Below, piece after piece: positions 1 through 14,300 of a stretch of DNA of 64,000 nucleotides. The DNA lies in the NCBI GenBank assembly GCA_977017575.1, contig CDRNVI010000045.1, forward strand, positions 248,001 through 312,000. The letters are read 5' to 3'. Position 1 is the first letter of the stretch. Each line of letters opens with the position of its first letter. The notes beneath the pieces were generated by a model. The model did no database searches. It had not been told where the DNA came from and was given only the letters and a program-made list of their open reading frames with translations. The position numbers were made by a program, and so were the translations under genes. This DNA comes from Paramoeba atlantica. Lineage: Eukaryota > Protista > Discosea.

Positions 1-252
1 AGTGTCCACAACACCATTAAGTATTGGGTAAGACTCCAACACTATAATTTTGGGGCAACAACGTTGGAGTTGCAACGAAACGTCGCGCTCCAGTGTGTAA
101 AGTATGGGGAGACCCATAATGGCCGCGAGCAGTCTTGGCAGAGTCGCTTTGTAAATATAATGAAGTGTATTAAAGACAACTACGGTTTTCCCGTTCCCGA
201 AGAATTTGAGGAACTCAGTTCCGATAGTTGCGCATCAGACTACGAGGGATGA
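1..252 (+). CDS. C-terminal end of an ORF running in from the window edge; possibly a Merlin/ISXO2-like (IS1595) transposase C-terminus
   Basis: Frame is open from base 1: SVHNTIKYWVRLQHYNFGATTLELQRNVALQCVKYG loosely resembles the ISXO2 C-terminal pattern HxNxIExxW...LQRYLxEFxxRYN. An acidic tail follows, and a TIR-like end lies about 390 bp downstream. The resemblance is weak and by eye. Confidence 0.3.
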   Translation, partial: SVHNTIKYWVRLQHYNFGATTLELQRNVALQCVKYGETHNGREQSWQSRFVNIMKCIKDNYGFPVPEEFEELSSDSCASDYEG

Positions 253-562
253 CGCTTTTTATAATATTTGTTCATACACAGTCTTTTTTTTGTGTATTAC
301 TTATTTTGCTGGGACTCAGGGCTCAACCTGACTGGATAAAAAAAACAAGAAAAAATATAAAAAAATTGTTTTGGGCGCAAGAATACCATGAAAGCAAGGT
401 TTAATCCTTCAAGACATAAAGATGCTGTTTCTGTACGTGTCCTCACGATCCCTATTAGTGCGCACAAGGACTATAACGGTAATTCAGTCTCGCTTACAAT
501 AAAAAACCAAGCTCCGTTCGTCGAGCATTTTTTTACAAAAAAAAATGCGTTTTCATTTATCG

Positions 563-641
563 AACAGGATGTCCTGTTCGAAAAAATATTCATCGAACGG
601 ACAGTGCGTTCGATGAATATTCATCGAGTGCCCCCCCCCTA
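563..641. mobile_element. Right terminus (TIR-like) of a DNA transposon related to the 48253-49326 MITE
   Basis: TTCGATGAATATTCATCGAGTGCCCCCCCCCTA closely resembles the MITE right end TTCGATGAAGATTCATCGAAGGTCCCCCCTA and has the same palindromic subterminal repeats. It abuts a truncated CRE fragment. Confidence 0.55.
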
Positions 642-890
642 AAATCGTACGTGCACACCAACCTTATAAGAGAAGAATCGTTCCAATGTTTGCCCGTGCT
701 GTCCGGAGGTGCCTTACATCGAAATACGCAAAGACTGATCCACTCACTAGCGGATGCTGCTTTACTAGATCGACAGGTGGTCGAACAAGACTTTAAATTG
801 CTGCTGGAGGAATTGAATGGGATAGAAGTATATTCCCATCTTTGGAAATACCTTGATGGAGAGCGTGAAACACAGGAATTCAGTCTTTAA
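642..890 (+). pseudogene. CRE/SLACS-like non-LTR retrotransposon, C-terminal fragment
   Basis: FQCLPVLSGGALHRNTQRLIHSLADAA...LQELNG aligns with the C-termini of the 30272..31753 and 54865..59175 ORFs; an A-rich 3' UTR follows. Confidence 0.85.
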
Positions 891-1181
891 TTTCATAGAA
901 TTGTATGAATAGAAAAAGTTTACAGTCACGTAGAATAAAAAAAAGATAAAAAAAAGATAATACAAATCATAAAAAAAGATAATTTAGTATAAATCCTTCC
1001 ATTATTGCGAAGTCGGCGTGGCTGCTTCATTTTTTGGTAGATTCAAGAAGGAGAGAGCAAAAAAAAAATTGTATTAAGACCACTAATACAAAAAGTGGTC
1101 TTAAATCAAACGTTCGACATTGAAACTTCGACATTGTAAACTACTTCTATCGACTATTTTGGGTGAAAGACACAACAAGCT

Positions 1182-2305
1182 ATGCGAAACAAGCCATGCG
1201 AAAATATCAGAATCTATCAGCTCATATGGCACACGGTTTCCCCACCAATTGAAGAACCAGCAATATCGCCCTTTAATGTTGGGAACGCTGAACTTACTAT
1301 GTCCAATACTGGATCCGAGGAAGACGTAGATCACCTCCCAATCCCCACATCCCGCATCTTTAGCCCTGAGTTTATTCCCGCAGTAGTGGCACTCTATCGT
1401 GACATAATACACTCGTACGGATACACTGACTACCCTGAACGTAATCGCATATGAAATAAAGTGCTATCGGCCACCAAGCTCTCCTTAGCCAACATACGAA
1501 CGCTCAGCAACAGACAAAGGAAACGACGCCCGCCATCTGATTCGAACCACAATAATGAAGAAGGACGTTCGTTGGAAGCGATTCACGATAAAGAAAGCGA
1601 AACTGATCAAGAAAAAGACAGCGATGATCGAGCAATCAAAAAGTCGACACGATTGGTTCTGGAAGGATGCAACACTAAGGCAGCGAAAATTCTTGATCAA
1701 ACATTCCAGAAAAATGAATTATCGGATCAAGAAAATATCGAGAAGCTGGGAGAACTTCACCCCCAACGACCCTCCGAGTTACGGGTACCGAGCGATGCCC
1801 CATAATTGCCGGAATATCACCAGAGGAGTTGCGGGCAGCTTGCCGACGACTGGCCAAAGGTGCCAGCCCAGGGCCATCAGGGACTACGGATACCACCTGA
1901 GATTTCTTGTCGACGATGAGCCAGCGGTTATCAATTTATGTCATATGATTGCGGATTTGCTGAATGGCTTCCTTTGAAAGCAAGTAATACAACGATTGAA
2001 CCGTGCTAGACTCGTTGCGATTCCTAAGCCAGACGGGGGGCTTCGACCAATAGCTATGGGGGAGGTCATAGGAAAGCTCGCAGGGTTTGTACTACTACAA
2101 AGATACGAGCACACGCTTGAGCCCCTTTTCGCTCCGATGCAACAAGGAATCATGTCCAGAGCGGGATGTGAACGCATTGTACACACTTTGCGCGATCGAT
2201 ATCTTAAAGGCCAGGCCATTCTCTCCACTGATCTTAAAAATGCCTTTAACTCACCATCCAGAAACGACATTGCGAAACACGTCTTTGGTCTCAGCACATT
2301 CCAAG
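1182..2305 (+). pseudogene. CRE-like retrotransposon, pre-RT and RT N-terminal region, disrupted (stops, frameshift) and truncated by the satellite
   Basis: SPEFIPAVVALYRDII, RAIKKSTRLVLEG, ARLVAIPKPDGGLRPIAMGE and STDLKNAFNSPSR match the intact CRE ORFs. Stops at about 1452 and 1975; frameshift near 1800. Confidence 0.9.
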
Positions 2306-5300
2306 TTAAAGTTGATTTCTTCCTATTAAAGTTGATTTCTTTCTATTAAAGTTGATTTCTTCCTATTAAAGTTGATTTCTTCCTATTAAAATTGATTTCT
2401 TCCTATTAAGTTGATTTCTTCCTATTCAGTTGATTTCTTCCTATTAAGTTGATTTCTTCCTATTAAGTTGATTTCTTCCTATTAAGTTGATTTCTTCCTA
2501 TTAAGTTGATTTCTTCCTATTAAGTTGATTTCTTCCTATTAAGTTGATTTCTTCCTATTAAGTTGATTTCTTCCTATTAAGTTGATTTCTTCCTATAAGT
2601 TGATTTCTTCCTAATAAGTTGATTTCTTCCTATTCAGTTGATTTCTTCCTATTAAGTTGATTTCTTCCTATTAAGTTGATTTCTTCCTATTCAGTTGATT
2701 TCTTCCGATTAAGCTGATTTCTTCTTATTAAGTTGATTTCTTCCTATTGAGTTGATTTCTTCCTATTAAGTTGATTTCTTCCTATTAAGTTGATTTCTTC
2801 CTATTAAGTTGATTTCTTCCTATTCAGTTGATTTATTCCTATTAAGTTGATTTCTTCCTATTAAGTTGATTAATATCCCCGCGTGGGGAGGATTTCTTCC
2901 TATTAAGTTGATTTCTTCCTATTAAGTTGATTTCTTCCTATAGTTGATTTCTTCCTATTAAGTTGATTTCTTCTTATTACGTTGATATCTTCCTATTAAG
3001 TTGATTTCTTTCTATTAAAGTTGATTTCTTCCTATTAAGTTGATTTCTTCCTATTAAGTTGATTTCTTCCTATTAAGTTGATTTCTTCCTATTAAGTTGA
3101 TTTCTTCCTATTAAGTTGATTTCTTCCTATTAAGTTGATTTCTTCCTATTAAGTTGATTTCTTCCTATTCAGTTGATTTCTTCCTATTAAAGTTGATTTC
3201 TTCCTATTAAGTTGATTTCTTCCTATTAAGTTGATTTCTTCCTATTAAGTTGATTTCTTCCTATTAAGTTGATTTCTTCCTATTAAGTTGATTTCTTCCT
3301 ATTAAGTTGATTTCTTCCTATTAAGTTGATTTCTTCCTATTCAGTTGATTTCTTCCTATTAAGTTGATTTCTTCCTATTAAGTTGATTTCTTCCTACTAA
3401 GTTGATTTCTTTCTATTAAAGTTGATTTCTTCCTATTAAAGTTGATTTCTTCCTATTAAGTTGATTTCTTCCTATTAAGTTGATTTCTTCCTATTAAGTT
3501 GATTTCTTCCTATTAAGTTGATTTCTTCCTATTACGTTGATATCTTCCTATTAAGTTGATTTCTTTCTATTAAAGTTGATTTCTTCCTATTCAGTTGATT
3601 TCTTCTTATTAAGTTGATTTCTTCCTATTAAGTTGATTTCTTCCTATTAAGTTGATTTCTTCCTATTAAGTTGATTTCTTCCTATTAAGTTGATTTCTTC
3701 CTATTAAGTTGATTTCTTCCTATTAAGTTGATTTCTTCCTATTAAGTTGATTTCTTCCTATTAAGTTGATTTCTTCCTATTAAGTTGATGTCTTCCTATT
3801 AAGTTGATTTCTTCCTATTAAGTTGATTTCTTCCTATTAAGTTGATTTCTTCCTATAAGTTGATTTCTTCCTAATAAGTTGATTTCTTCCTATTAAGTTG
3901 ATTTCTTCCTATTAAGTTGATTTCTTCCTATTAAGTTGATTTCTTCCTATTAAGTTGATTTCTTCCTATTAAGTTGATTTCTTCCTATTCAGTTGATTTC
4001 TTCCTATTAAAGTTGATTTCTTCCTATTAAGTTGATTTCTTCCTATTAAGTTGATTTCTTCCTATTAAAGTTGATTTCTTCCTATTAAAGTTGATTTCTT
4101 CCTATTAAAGTTGATTTCTCCCTATTAAAGTTGATTTCTTCCTATTAAGTTGATTTCTTCCTATTAAGTTGATTTCTTCCTATAGTTGATTTCTTCCTAT
4201 TAAGTTGATTTCTTCTTATTACGTTGATATCTTCCTATTAAGTTGATTTCTTTCTATTAAAGTTGATTTCTTCCTATTAAGTTGATTTCTTCCTATTAAG
4301 TTGATTTCTTCCTATTAAGTTGATTTCTTCCTATTAAGTTGATTTCTTCCTATTCAGTTGATTTCTTCCTATTAAGTTGATTTCTTCCTATGAAGTTGAT
4401 TTCTTCCTATTAAGTTGATTTCTTCCTATTCAGTTGATTTCTTCCTATTAAGTTGATTTCTTTCTATTAAAGTTGATTTCTTCCTATTAAAGTTGATTTC
4501 TTCCTATTAAGTTGATTTCTTCCTATTAAGTTGATTTCTTCCTATTAAGTTGATTTCTTCCTATTACGTTGATATCTTCCTATTAAGTTGATTTCTTCCT
4601 ATTAAGTTGATGTCTTCCTATTAAGTTGATTTCTTCCTATTAAGTTGATTTCTTCCTATTAAGTTCATTTCTTCCTATTAAGTTGATTTCTTCCTATTCA
4701 GTTGATTTCTTCCTATTAAGTTGATTTCTTCCTATTAAGTTGATTTCTTCCTATAAGTTGATTTCTTCCTATTAAGTTGATTTCTTCCTATTAAGTTGAT
4801 TTCTTCCTATTAAGTTGATTTCATTCTATTAAAGTTGATTTCTTCCTATTCAGTTGATTTCTTCCTATTCAGTTGATTTCTTCCTATTAAGTTGATCTCT
4901 TCCTATTAAGTTGATTTCTTCCTATTAAGTTGATTTCTTCCTATTCAGTTGATTTCTTCCTATTAAGTTGATTTCTTCCTATTAAGTTGATTTCTTCCTA
5001 TTAAGTTGATTTCTTCCTATTAAAGTTGATTTCTTCCTATTAAAGTTGATTTCTTCCTATTAAGTTGATTTCTTCCTATTAAGTTGATTTCTTCCTATAA
5101 GTTGATTTCTTCCTATTAAGTTGATTTCTTCCTATTACGTTGATATCTTCCTATTATGTTGATTTCTTCCTATTAAGTTGATTTCTTCCAATTAAGTTGA
5201 TTTCTTCCTATTAAGTTGATTTCTTCCTATAAGTTGATTTCTTCCTATTAAGTTGATTTCTTCCTATAAGTTGATTTCTTCCTATTAAGTTGATTTCTTC

Positions 5301-8300
5301 CTATTCAGTTGATTTCTTCCTATTAAGTTGATTTCTTCCTATTACGTTGATTTCTTCCTATTAAGTTGATTTCTTCCTATTCAGTTGATTTCTTCCTATT
5401 AAGTTGATTTCTTCCTATTAAGTTGATTTCTTCCTATTAAGTTGATTTGTTCCTATTAAGTTGATTTCTTCCTATTAAGTTGATTTCTTCCTATTAAGTT
5501 GATTTCTTCCTATTAAGTTGATTTCTTCCTATTAAGTTGATTTCTTCCTATTAAGTTGATTTCTTCCTATAAGTTGATTTCTTCCTATTAAGTTGATTTC
5601 TTCCTGTTAAGTTGATTTCTTCCTATTAAGTTGATTTCTTCCTATTCAGTTGATTTCTTCCTATTAAGTTGACTTCTTCCTATTAAAGTTGATTTCTCCC
5701 TATTAAAGTTGATTTCTTCCTATTAAGTTGATTTCTTCCTATTAAGTTGATTTCTTCCTATAGTTGATTTCTTCCTATTAAGTTGATTTCTTCTTATTAC
5801 GTTGATATCTTCCTATTAAGTTGATTTCTTTCTATTAAAGTTGATTTCTTCCTATTAAGTTGATTTCTTCCTATTAAGTTGATTTCTTCCTATTAAGTTG
5901 ATTTCTTCCTATTAAGTTGATTTCTTCCTATTCAGTTGATTTCTTCCTATTAAGTTGATTTCTTCCTATTAAGTTGATTTCTTCCTATTAAAGTTGATTT
6001 CTTCCTATTACGTTGATTTCTTTGTATTAAAGTTGATTTCTTCCTATTCAGTTGATTTCTTCCTATTCAGTTGATTTCTTCCTATTCAGTTGATTTCTTC
6101 CTATTAAGTTGATTTCTTCCTATTAAGTTGATTTCTTCCTATTAAGTTGATTTCTTCCTATAAGTTGATTTCTTCCTATTAAAGTTGATTTCTTCCTATT
6201 AAGTTGATTTCTTCCTATTAAGTTGATTTCTTCCTATAAGTTGATTTCTTCCTATTAAGTTGATTTCTTCCTATTGCGTTGATATCTTCCTATTATGTTG
6301 ATTTCTTCCTATTAAGTTGATTTCTTCCAATTAAGTTGATTTCTTCCTATTAAGTTGATTTCTTCCTATTAAGTTGATTTCTTCCTATTAAGTTGATTTC
6401 TTCCTATAAGTTGATTTCTTCCTATTAAGTTGATTTCTTCCTATTCAGTTGATTTCTTCCTATTAAGTTGATTTCTTCCTATTACGTTGATTTCTTCCTA
6501 TTAAGTTGATTTCTTCCTATTCAGTTGATTTCTTCCTATTAAGTTGATTTCTTCCTATTAAGTTGATTTGTTCCTATTAAGTTGATTTCTTCCTATTAAG
6601 TTGATTTCTTCCTATTAAGTTGATTTCTTCCTATTAAGTTGATTTCTTCCTATTAAGTTGATTTCTTCCTATTAAGTTGATTTCTTCCTATTAAGTTGAT
6701 TTCTTCCTATAAGTTGATTTCTTCCTATTAAGTTGATTTCTTCCTGTTAAGTTGATTTCTTCCTATTAAGTTGATTTCTTCCTATTCAGTTGATTTCTTC
6801 CTATTAAGTTGACTTCTTCCTATTAAAGTTGATTTCTCCCTATTAAAGTTGATTTCTTCCTATTAAGTTGATTTCTTCCTATTAAGTTGATTTCTTCCTA
6901 TAGTTGATTTCTTCCTATTAAGTTGATTTCTTCTTATTACGTTGATATCTTCCTATTAAGTTGATTTCTTTCTATTAAAGTTGATTTCTTCCTATTAAGT
7001 TGATTTCTTCCTATTAAGTTGATTTCTTCCTATTAAGTTGATTTCTTCCTATTAAGTTGATTTCTTCCTATTCAGTTGATTTCTTCCTATTAAGTTGATT
7101 TCTTCCTATTAAGTTGATTTCTTCCTATTAAAGTTGATTTCTTCCTATTACGTTGATTTCTTTGTATTAAAGTTGATTTCTTCCTATTCAGTTGATTTCT
7201 TCCTATTCAGTTGATTTCTTCCTATTCAGTTGATTTCTTCCTATTAAGTTGATTTCTTCCTATTAAGTTGATTTCTTCCTATTAAGTTGATTTCTTCCTA
7301 TAAGTTGATTTCTTCCTATTAAGTTGATTTCTTCCTATTAAGTTCATTTCTTCCTATTAAGTTGATTTCTTCCTATTCAGTTGATTTCTTCCTATTAAGT
7401 TGATTTCTTCCTATTCAGTTGATTTCTTCCTATAAGTTGATTTCTTCCTATTAAGTTGATTTCTTCCTATTAAGTTGATTTCTTCCTATTAAGTTGATTT
7501 CTTCCTATTCAGTTGATTTCTTCCTATTAAGTTGATTTCTTCCTATTGCATTGATTTCTTCCTATTACATTGATTTCTTTCTATTAAAGTTGATTTCTTC
7601 CTATTCAGTTGATTTCTTCCTATTCAGTTGATTTCTTCCTATTCAGTTGATTTCTTCCTATTAATTTGATTTCTTCCAATTAAGTTGATTTCTTCCTATT
7701 AAGTTGATTTCTTCCTATTCAGTTGATTTCTTCCTATTAAGTTGGTTTCTTCCTATTAAGTTCATTTCTTCCTATTCAGTTGATTTCTTCCTATTAAGTT
7801 GATTTCTTCACATTAAGTTGATTTCTTCCTATTAAGTTGATTTCTTCCTATTAAGTTGATTTCATTCTATTAAAGTTGATTTCTTCCTATTCAGTTGATT
7901 TCTTCCTATTCAGTTGATTTCTTCCTATTATGTTGATTTCTTCCAATTAAGTTGATTTCTTCCTATTAAGTTGATTTCTTCCTATTAAGTTGATTTCTTC
8001 CTATTAAGTTGATTTCTTCCTATAAGTTGAATTCTTCCTATTAAGTTGATTTCTTCCTATTCAGTTGATTTCTTCCTATTAAGTTGATTTCTTCCTATTA
8101 CGTTGATTTCTTCCTATTAAGTTGATTTCTTCCTATTCAGTTGATTTCTTCCTATTAAGTTGATTTCTTCCTATTAAGTTGATTTCTTCCTATTAAGTTG
8201 ATTTCTTCCTATTAAGTTGATTTCTTCCTATTAAGTTGATTTCTTCCTATTAAGTTGATTTCTTCCTATTAAGTTGATTTCTTCCTATTAAGTTGATTTC

Positions 8301-11300
8301 TTCCTATTAAGTTGATTTCTTCCTATAAGTTGATTTCTTCCTATTAAGTTGATTTCTTCCTGTTAAGTCGATTTCTTCCTATTAAGTTGATTTCTTCCTA
8401 TTCAGTTGATTTCTTCCTATCAAGTTGATTTCTTCCTATTACGTTGATTTCTTCCTATTACGTTGATTTCTTTCTATTAAAGTTGATTTCTTCCTATTCA
8501 GTTGATTTCTTCCTATTCAGTTGATTTCTTCCTATTCAGTTGATTTCTTCCTATTAAGTTGATTTCTTCCTATTAAGTTGATTTCTTCTTATTAAGTTGA
8601 TTTCTTCCAATTAAGTTGATTTCTTCATATTTAGTTGATTTCTTCCTATAAGTTGATTTCTTCCTATTAAGTTGATTTCTTCCTATTAAGTTGATTTCTT
8701 CCTATAAGTTGATTTCTTCCTATTAAGTTGATTTCTTCCTGTTAAGTTGATTTCTTCCTATTAAGTTGATTTCTTCCTATTCAGTTGATTTCTTCCTATT
8801 AAGTTGATTTCTTCCTATTGCATTGATTTCTTCCTATTACATTGATTTCTTTCTATTAAAGTTGATTTCTTCCTTTTCAGTTGATTTCTTCCTATTCAGT
8901 TGATTTCTTCCTATTCAGTTGATTTCTTCCTATTAAGTTGATTTCTTCTTATTAAGTTGATTTCTTCCAATTAAGTTGATTTCTTCATATTTAGTTGATT
9001 TCTTCCTATTAAGTTGATTTCTTCGTATTAAGTTGATTTCTTCCTATTAAGTTGATTTCTTCCTATTAAGTTGATTTCTTCCTATTAAGTTGATTTCTTC
9101 CTATTTAGTTGATTTCTTCCTATTAAAGTTGATTTCTTCCTATTAAGTTGATTTCTTCCTATTAAGTTGATTTCTTCCTATTAAAGTTGATTTCTTCCTA
9201 TTAAGTTGATTTCTTCCTATTAAGTTGATTTCTTCCTATTCAGTTGATTTCTTCCTATAAGTTGATTTCCTATTAAGTTGATTTCTTCCTATTACATTGA
9301 TTTCTTCCTATTACATTGATTTCTTTCTATTAAAGTTGATTTCTTCCTATTCAGTTGATTTCTTCCTATTCAGTTGATTTCTTCTATTCAGTTGATTTCT
9401 TCCTATTAAGTTGATTTCTTCCTATTAAGTTGATTTCTTCCTATTAAGTTGATTTCTTCCTATTACGTTGATTTCTTCCTATTAAGTTGATTTCTTCCTA
9501 TTAAGTTGATTTCTTCCTATAAGTTGATTTCTTCCTATTAAGTTGATTTCTTCCTATTAAGTTGATTTCTTCCTATTAAGTTGATGTCTTCCTATTAAGT
9601 TGATTTCTTCCTATTAAGTTGATTTCTTCCTATTAAGTTGATTTCTTCCTATTAAGCTAATTTCTTCCTATTAAGTTGATTTCTTCCTATTAAGTTGATT
9701 TCTTCCTATTAAGTTGATTTCTTCCTATTAAGTTGATTTCTTCCTATTAAGTTGATTTCTTCCTATTAAGTTGATTTCTTCCTATTAAGTTGATTTCTTC
9801 CTATTAAGTTGATTTCTTCCTATTAAGTTGATTCCGTCCTATTAAGTTGATTTCTTCCTATTAAGTTGATTTCTTCCTATTAAGTTGATTTCTTCCTATT
9901 AAAGTTGATTTCTTCCTATTAAGTTGATTTCTTCCTATTAAGTTGATTTCTTCCTATTAAAGTTGATTTCTTCCTATTAAAGTTGATTTCTTCCTATTAA
10001 AGTTGATTTCTTCCTATTAAAGTTGATTTCTTCCTATTAAAGTTGATTTCTTCCTATTAAGTTGATTTCTTCCTATTAAGTTGATTTCTTCCTATTAAGT
10101 TGATTTCTTCGTATTAAGTTGATTTCTTCCTATAAGTTGATTTCTTCCTATTAAGTTGATTTCTTCTTATTACGTTGATATCTTCCTATTAAGTTGATTT
10201 CTTTCTATTAAAGTTGATTTCTTCCTATTAAGTTGATTTCTTCCTATTAAGTTGATTTCTTCCTATTAAGTTGATTTCTTCCTATTAAGTTGATTTCTTC
10301 CGATTAAGTTGATTTCTTCCTATTAAGTTGATTTCTTCCTATTCAGTTGATTTCTTCCTATTAAGTTGATTCCATTCTATTAAAGTTGATTTCTTCCTAT
10401 TCAGTTGATTTCTTCCTATTCAGTTGATTTCTTCCTATTAAGTTGATTTCTTCCTATTAAGTTGATTTCTTCCTATTAAGTTGATTTCTTCCTATTCAGT
10501 TGATTTCTTCCTATTAAGTTGATTTCTTCCTATTAAGTTGATTTCTTCCTATTAAGTTGATTTCTTCCAATTAAAGTTGATTTCTTCCTATTAAAGTTGA
10601 TTTCTTCCTATTAAGTTGATTTCTTCCTATTAAGTTGATTTCTTCCTATAAGTTGATTTCTTCCTATTAAGTTGATTTCTTCCTATTACGTTGATATCTT
10701 CCTATTAAGTTGATTTCTTTCTATTAAAGTTGATTTCTTCCTATTCAGTTGATTTCTTCTTATTAAGTTGATTTCTTCCTATTAAGTTGATTTCTTCCTA
10801 TTAAGTTGATTTCTTCCTATTAAGTTGATTTCTTCCTATTCAGTTGATTTCTTCCTATTAAGTTGATTTCTTCCTATTAAAGTTGATTTCTTCCTATTAA
10901 GTTGATTTCTTCCTATTAAGTTGATTTCTTCCTATTAAAGTTGATTTCTTCCTATTAAAGTTGATTTCTTCCTATTAAAGTTGATTTCTTCCTATTAAAG
11001 TTGATTTCTTCCTATTAAGTTGATTTCTTCCTATTAAGTTGATTTCTTCCTATAAGTTGATTTCTTCCTATTAAGTTGATTTCTTCCAATTAAAGTTGAT
11101 TTCTTCCTATTAAAGTTGATTTCTTCCTATTAAGTTGATTTCTTCCTATTAAGTTGATTTCTTCCTATAAGTTGATTTCTTCCTATTAAGTTGATTTCTT
11201 CCTATTACGTTGATATCTTCCTATTAAGTTGATTTCTTTCTATTAAAGTTGATTTCTTCCTATTCAGTTGATTTCTTCTTATTAAGTTGATTTCTTCCTA

Positions 11301-14300
11301 TTAAGTTGATTTCTTCCTATTAAGTTGATTTCTTCCTATTAAGTTGATTTCTTCCTATTCAGTTGATTTCTTCCTATTAAGTTGATTTCTTCCTATTAAG
11401 TTGATTTCTTCCTATTAAAGTTCATTTCTTCCTATTAAGTTGATTTCTTCCTATTAAGTTGATTTCTTCCTATTAAGTTGATTTCTTCCTATAAGTTGAA
11501 TTCTTCCTATTAAGTTGATTTCTTCCTATTCAGTTGATTTCTTCCTATTAAGTTGATTTCTTCCTATTACGTTGATTTCTTCCTATTAAGTTGATTTCTT
11601 CCTATTCAGTTGATTTCTTCCTATTAAGTTGATTTCTTCCTATTAAGTTGATTTCTTCCTATTAAGTTGATTTCTTCCTATTAAGTTGATTTCTTCCTAT
11701 TAAGTTGATTTCTTCCTATTAAGTTGATTTCTTCCTATTAAGTTGATTTCTTCCTATTAAGTTGATTTCTTCCTATTAAGTTGATTTCTTCCTATAAGTT
11801 GATTTCTTCCTATTAAGTTGATTTCTTCCTGTTAAGTCGATTTCTTCCTATTAAGTTGATTTCTTCCTATTCAGTTGATTTCTTCCTATCAAGTTGATTT
11901 CTTCCTATTACGTTGATTTCTTCCTATTACGTTGATTTCTTTCTATTAAAGTTGATTTCTTCCTATTCAGTTGATTTCTTCCTATTCAGTTGATTTCTTC
12001 CTATTCAGTTGATTTCTTCCTATTAAGTTGATTTCTTCCTATTAAGTTGATTTCTTCTTATTAAGTTGATTTCTTCCAATTAAGTTGATTTCTTCATATT
12101 TAGTTGATTTCTTCCTATAAGTTGATTTCTTCCTATTAAGTTGATTTCTTCCTATTAAGTTGATTTCTTCCTATAAGTTGATTTCTTCCTATTAAGTTGA
12201 TTTCTTCCTGTTAAGTTGATTTCTTCCTATTAAGTTGATTTCTTCCTATTCAGTTGATTTCTTCCTATTAAGTTGATTTCTTCCTATTGCATTGATTTCT
12301 TCCTATTACATTGATTTCTTTCTATTAAAGTTGATTTCTTCCTTTTCAGTTGATTTCTTCCTATTCAGTTGATTTCTTCCTATTCAGTTGATTTCTTCCT
12401 ATTAAGTTGATTTCTTCTTATTAAGTTGATTTCTTCCAATTAAGTTGATTTCTTCATATTTAGTTGATTTCTTCCTATTAAGTTGATTTCTTCGTATTAA
12501 GTTGATTTCTTCCTATTAAGTTGATTTCTTCCTATTAAGTTGATTTCTTCCTATTAAGTTGATTTCTTCCTATTTAGTTGATTTCTTCCTATTAAAGTTG
12601 ATTTCTTCCTATTAAGTTGATTTCTTCCTATTAAGTTGATTTCTTCCTATTAAAGTTGATTTCTTCCTATTAAGTTGATTTCTTCCTATTAAGTTGATTT
12701 CTTCCTATTCAGTTGATTTCTTCCTATAAGTTGATTTCCTATTAAGTTGATTTCTTCCTATTACATTGATTTCTTCCTATTACATTGATTTCTTTCTATT
12801 AAAGTTGATTTCTTCCTATTCAGTTGATTTCTTCCTATTCAGTTGATTTCTTCTATTCAGTTGATTTCTTCCTATTAAGTTGATTTCTTCCTATTAAGTT
12901 GATTTCTTCCTATTAAGTTGATTTCTTCCTATTACGTTGATTTCTTCCTATTAAGTTGATTTCTTCCTATTAAGTTGATTTCTTCCTATAAGTTGATTTC
13001 TTCCTATTAAGTTGATTTCTTCCTATTAAGTTGATTTCTTCCTATTAAGTTGATGTCTTCCTATTAAGTTGATTTCTTCCTATTAAGTTGATTTCTTCCT
13101 ATTAAGTTGATTTCTTCCTATTAAGCTAATTTCTTCCTATTAAGTTGATTTCTTCCTATTAAGTTGATTTCTTCCTATTAAGTTGATTTCTTCCTATTAA
13201 GTTGATTTCTTCCTATTAAGTTGATTTCTTCCTATTAAGTTGATTTCTTCCTATTAAGTTGATTTCTTCCTATTAAGTTGATTTCTTCCTATTAAGTTGA
13301 TTCCGTCCTATTAAGTTGATTTCTTCCTATTAAGTTGATTTCTTCCTATTAAGTTGATTTCTTCCTATTAAAGTTGATTTCTTCCTATTAAGTTGATTTC
13401 TTCCTATTAAGTTGATTTCTTCCTATTAAAGTTGATTTCTTCCTATTAAAGTTGATTTCTTCCTATTAAAGTTGATTTCTTCCTATTAAAGTTGATTTCT
13501 TCCTATTAAAGTTGATTTCTTCCTATTAAGTTGATTTCTTCCTATTAAGTTGATTTCTTCCTATTAAGTTGATTTCTTCGTATTAAGTTGATTTCTTCCT
13601 ATAAGTTGATTTCTTCCTATTAAGTTGATTTCTTCTTATTACGTTGATATCTTCCTATTAAGTTGATTTCTTTCTATTAAAGTTGATTTCTTCCTATTAA
13701 GTTGATTTCTTCCTATTAAGTTGATTTCTTCCTATTAAGTTGATTTCTTCCTATTAAGTTGATTTCTTCCGATTAAGTTGATTTCTTCCTATTAAGTTGA
13801 TTTCTTCCTATTCAGTTGATTTCTTCCTATTAAGTTGATTCCATTCTATTAAAGTTGATTTCTTCCTATTCAGTTGATTTCTTCCTATTCAGTTGATTTC
13901 TTCCTATTAAGTTGATTTCTTCCTATTAAGTTGATTTCTTCCTATTAAGTTGATTTCTTCCTATTCAGTTGATTTCTTCCTATTAAGTTGATTTCTTCCT
14001 ATTAAGTTGATTTCTTCCTATTAAGTTGATTTCTTCCAATTAAAGTTGATTTCTTCCTATTAAAGTTGATTTCTTCCTATTAAGTTGATTTCTTCCTATT
14101 AAGTTGATTTCTTCCTATAAGTTGATTTCTTCCTATTAAGTTGATTTCTTCCTATTACGTTGATATCTTCCTATTAAGTTGATTTCTTTCTATTAAAGTT
14201 GATTTCTTCCTATTCAGTTGATTTCTTCTTATTAAGTTGATTTCTTCCTATTAAGTTGATTTCTTCCTATTAAGTTGATTTCTTCCTATTAAGTTGATTT

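Noticed and set aside
388-642. Short ORFs in the track taken as host genes (also 28912-29229, 41493-42104)
   Set aside because: No recognisable domain; they cross element junctions or non-coding termini.
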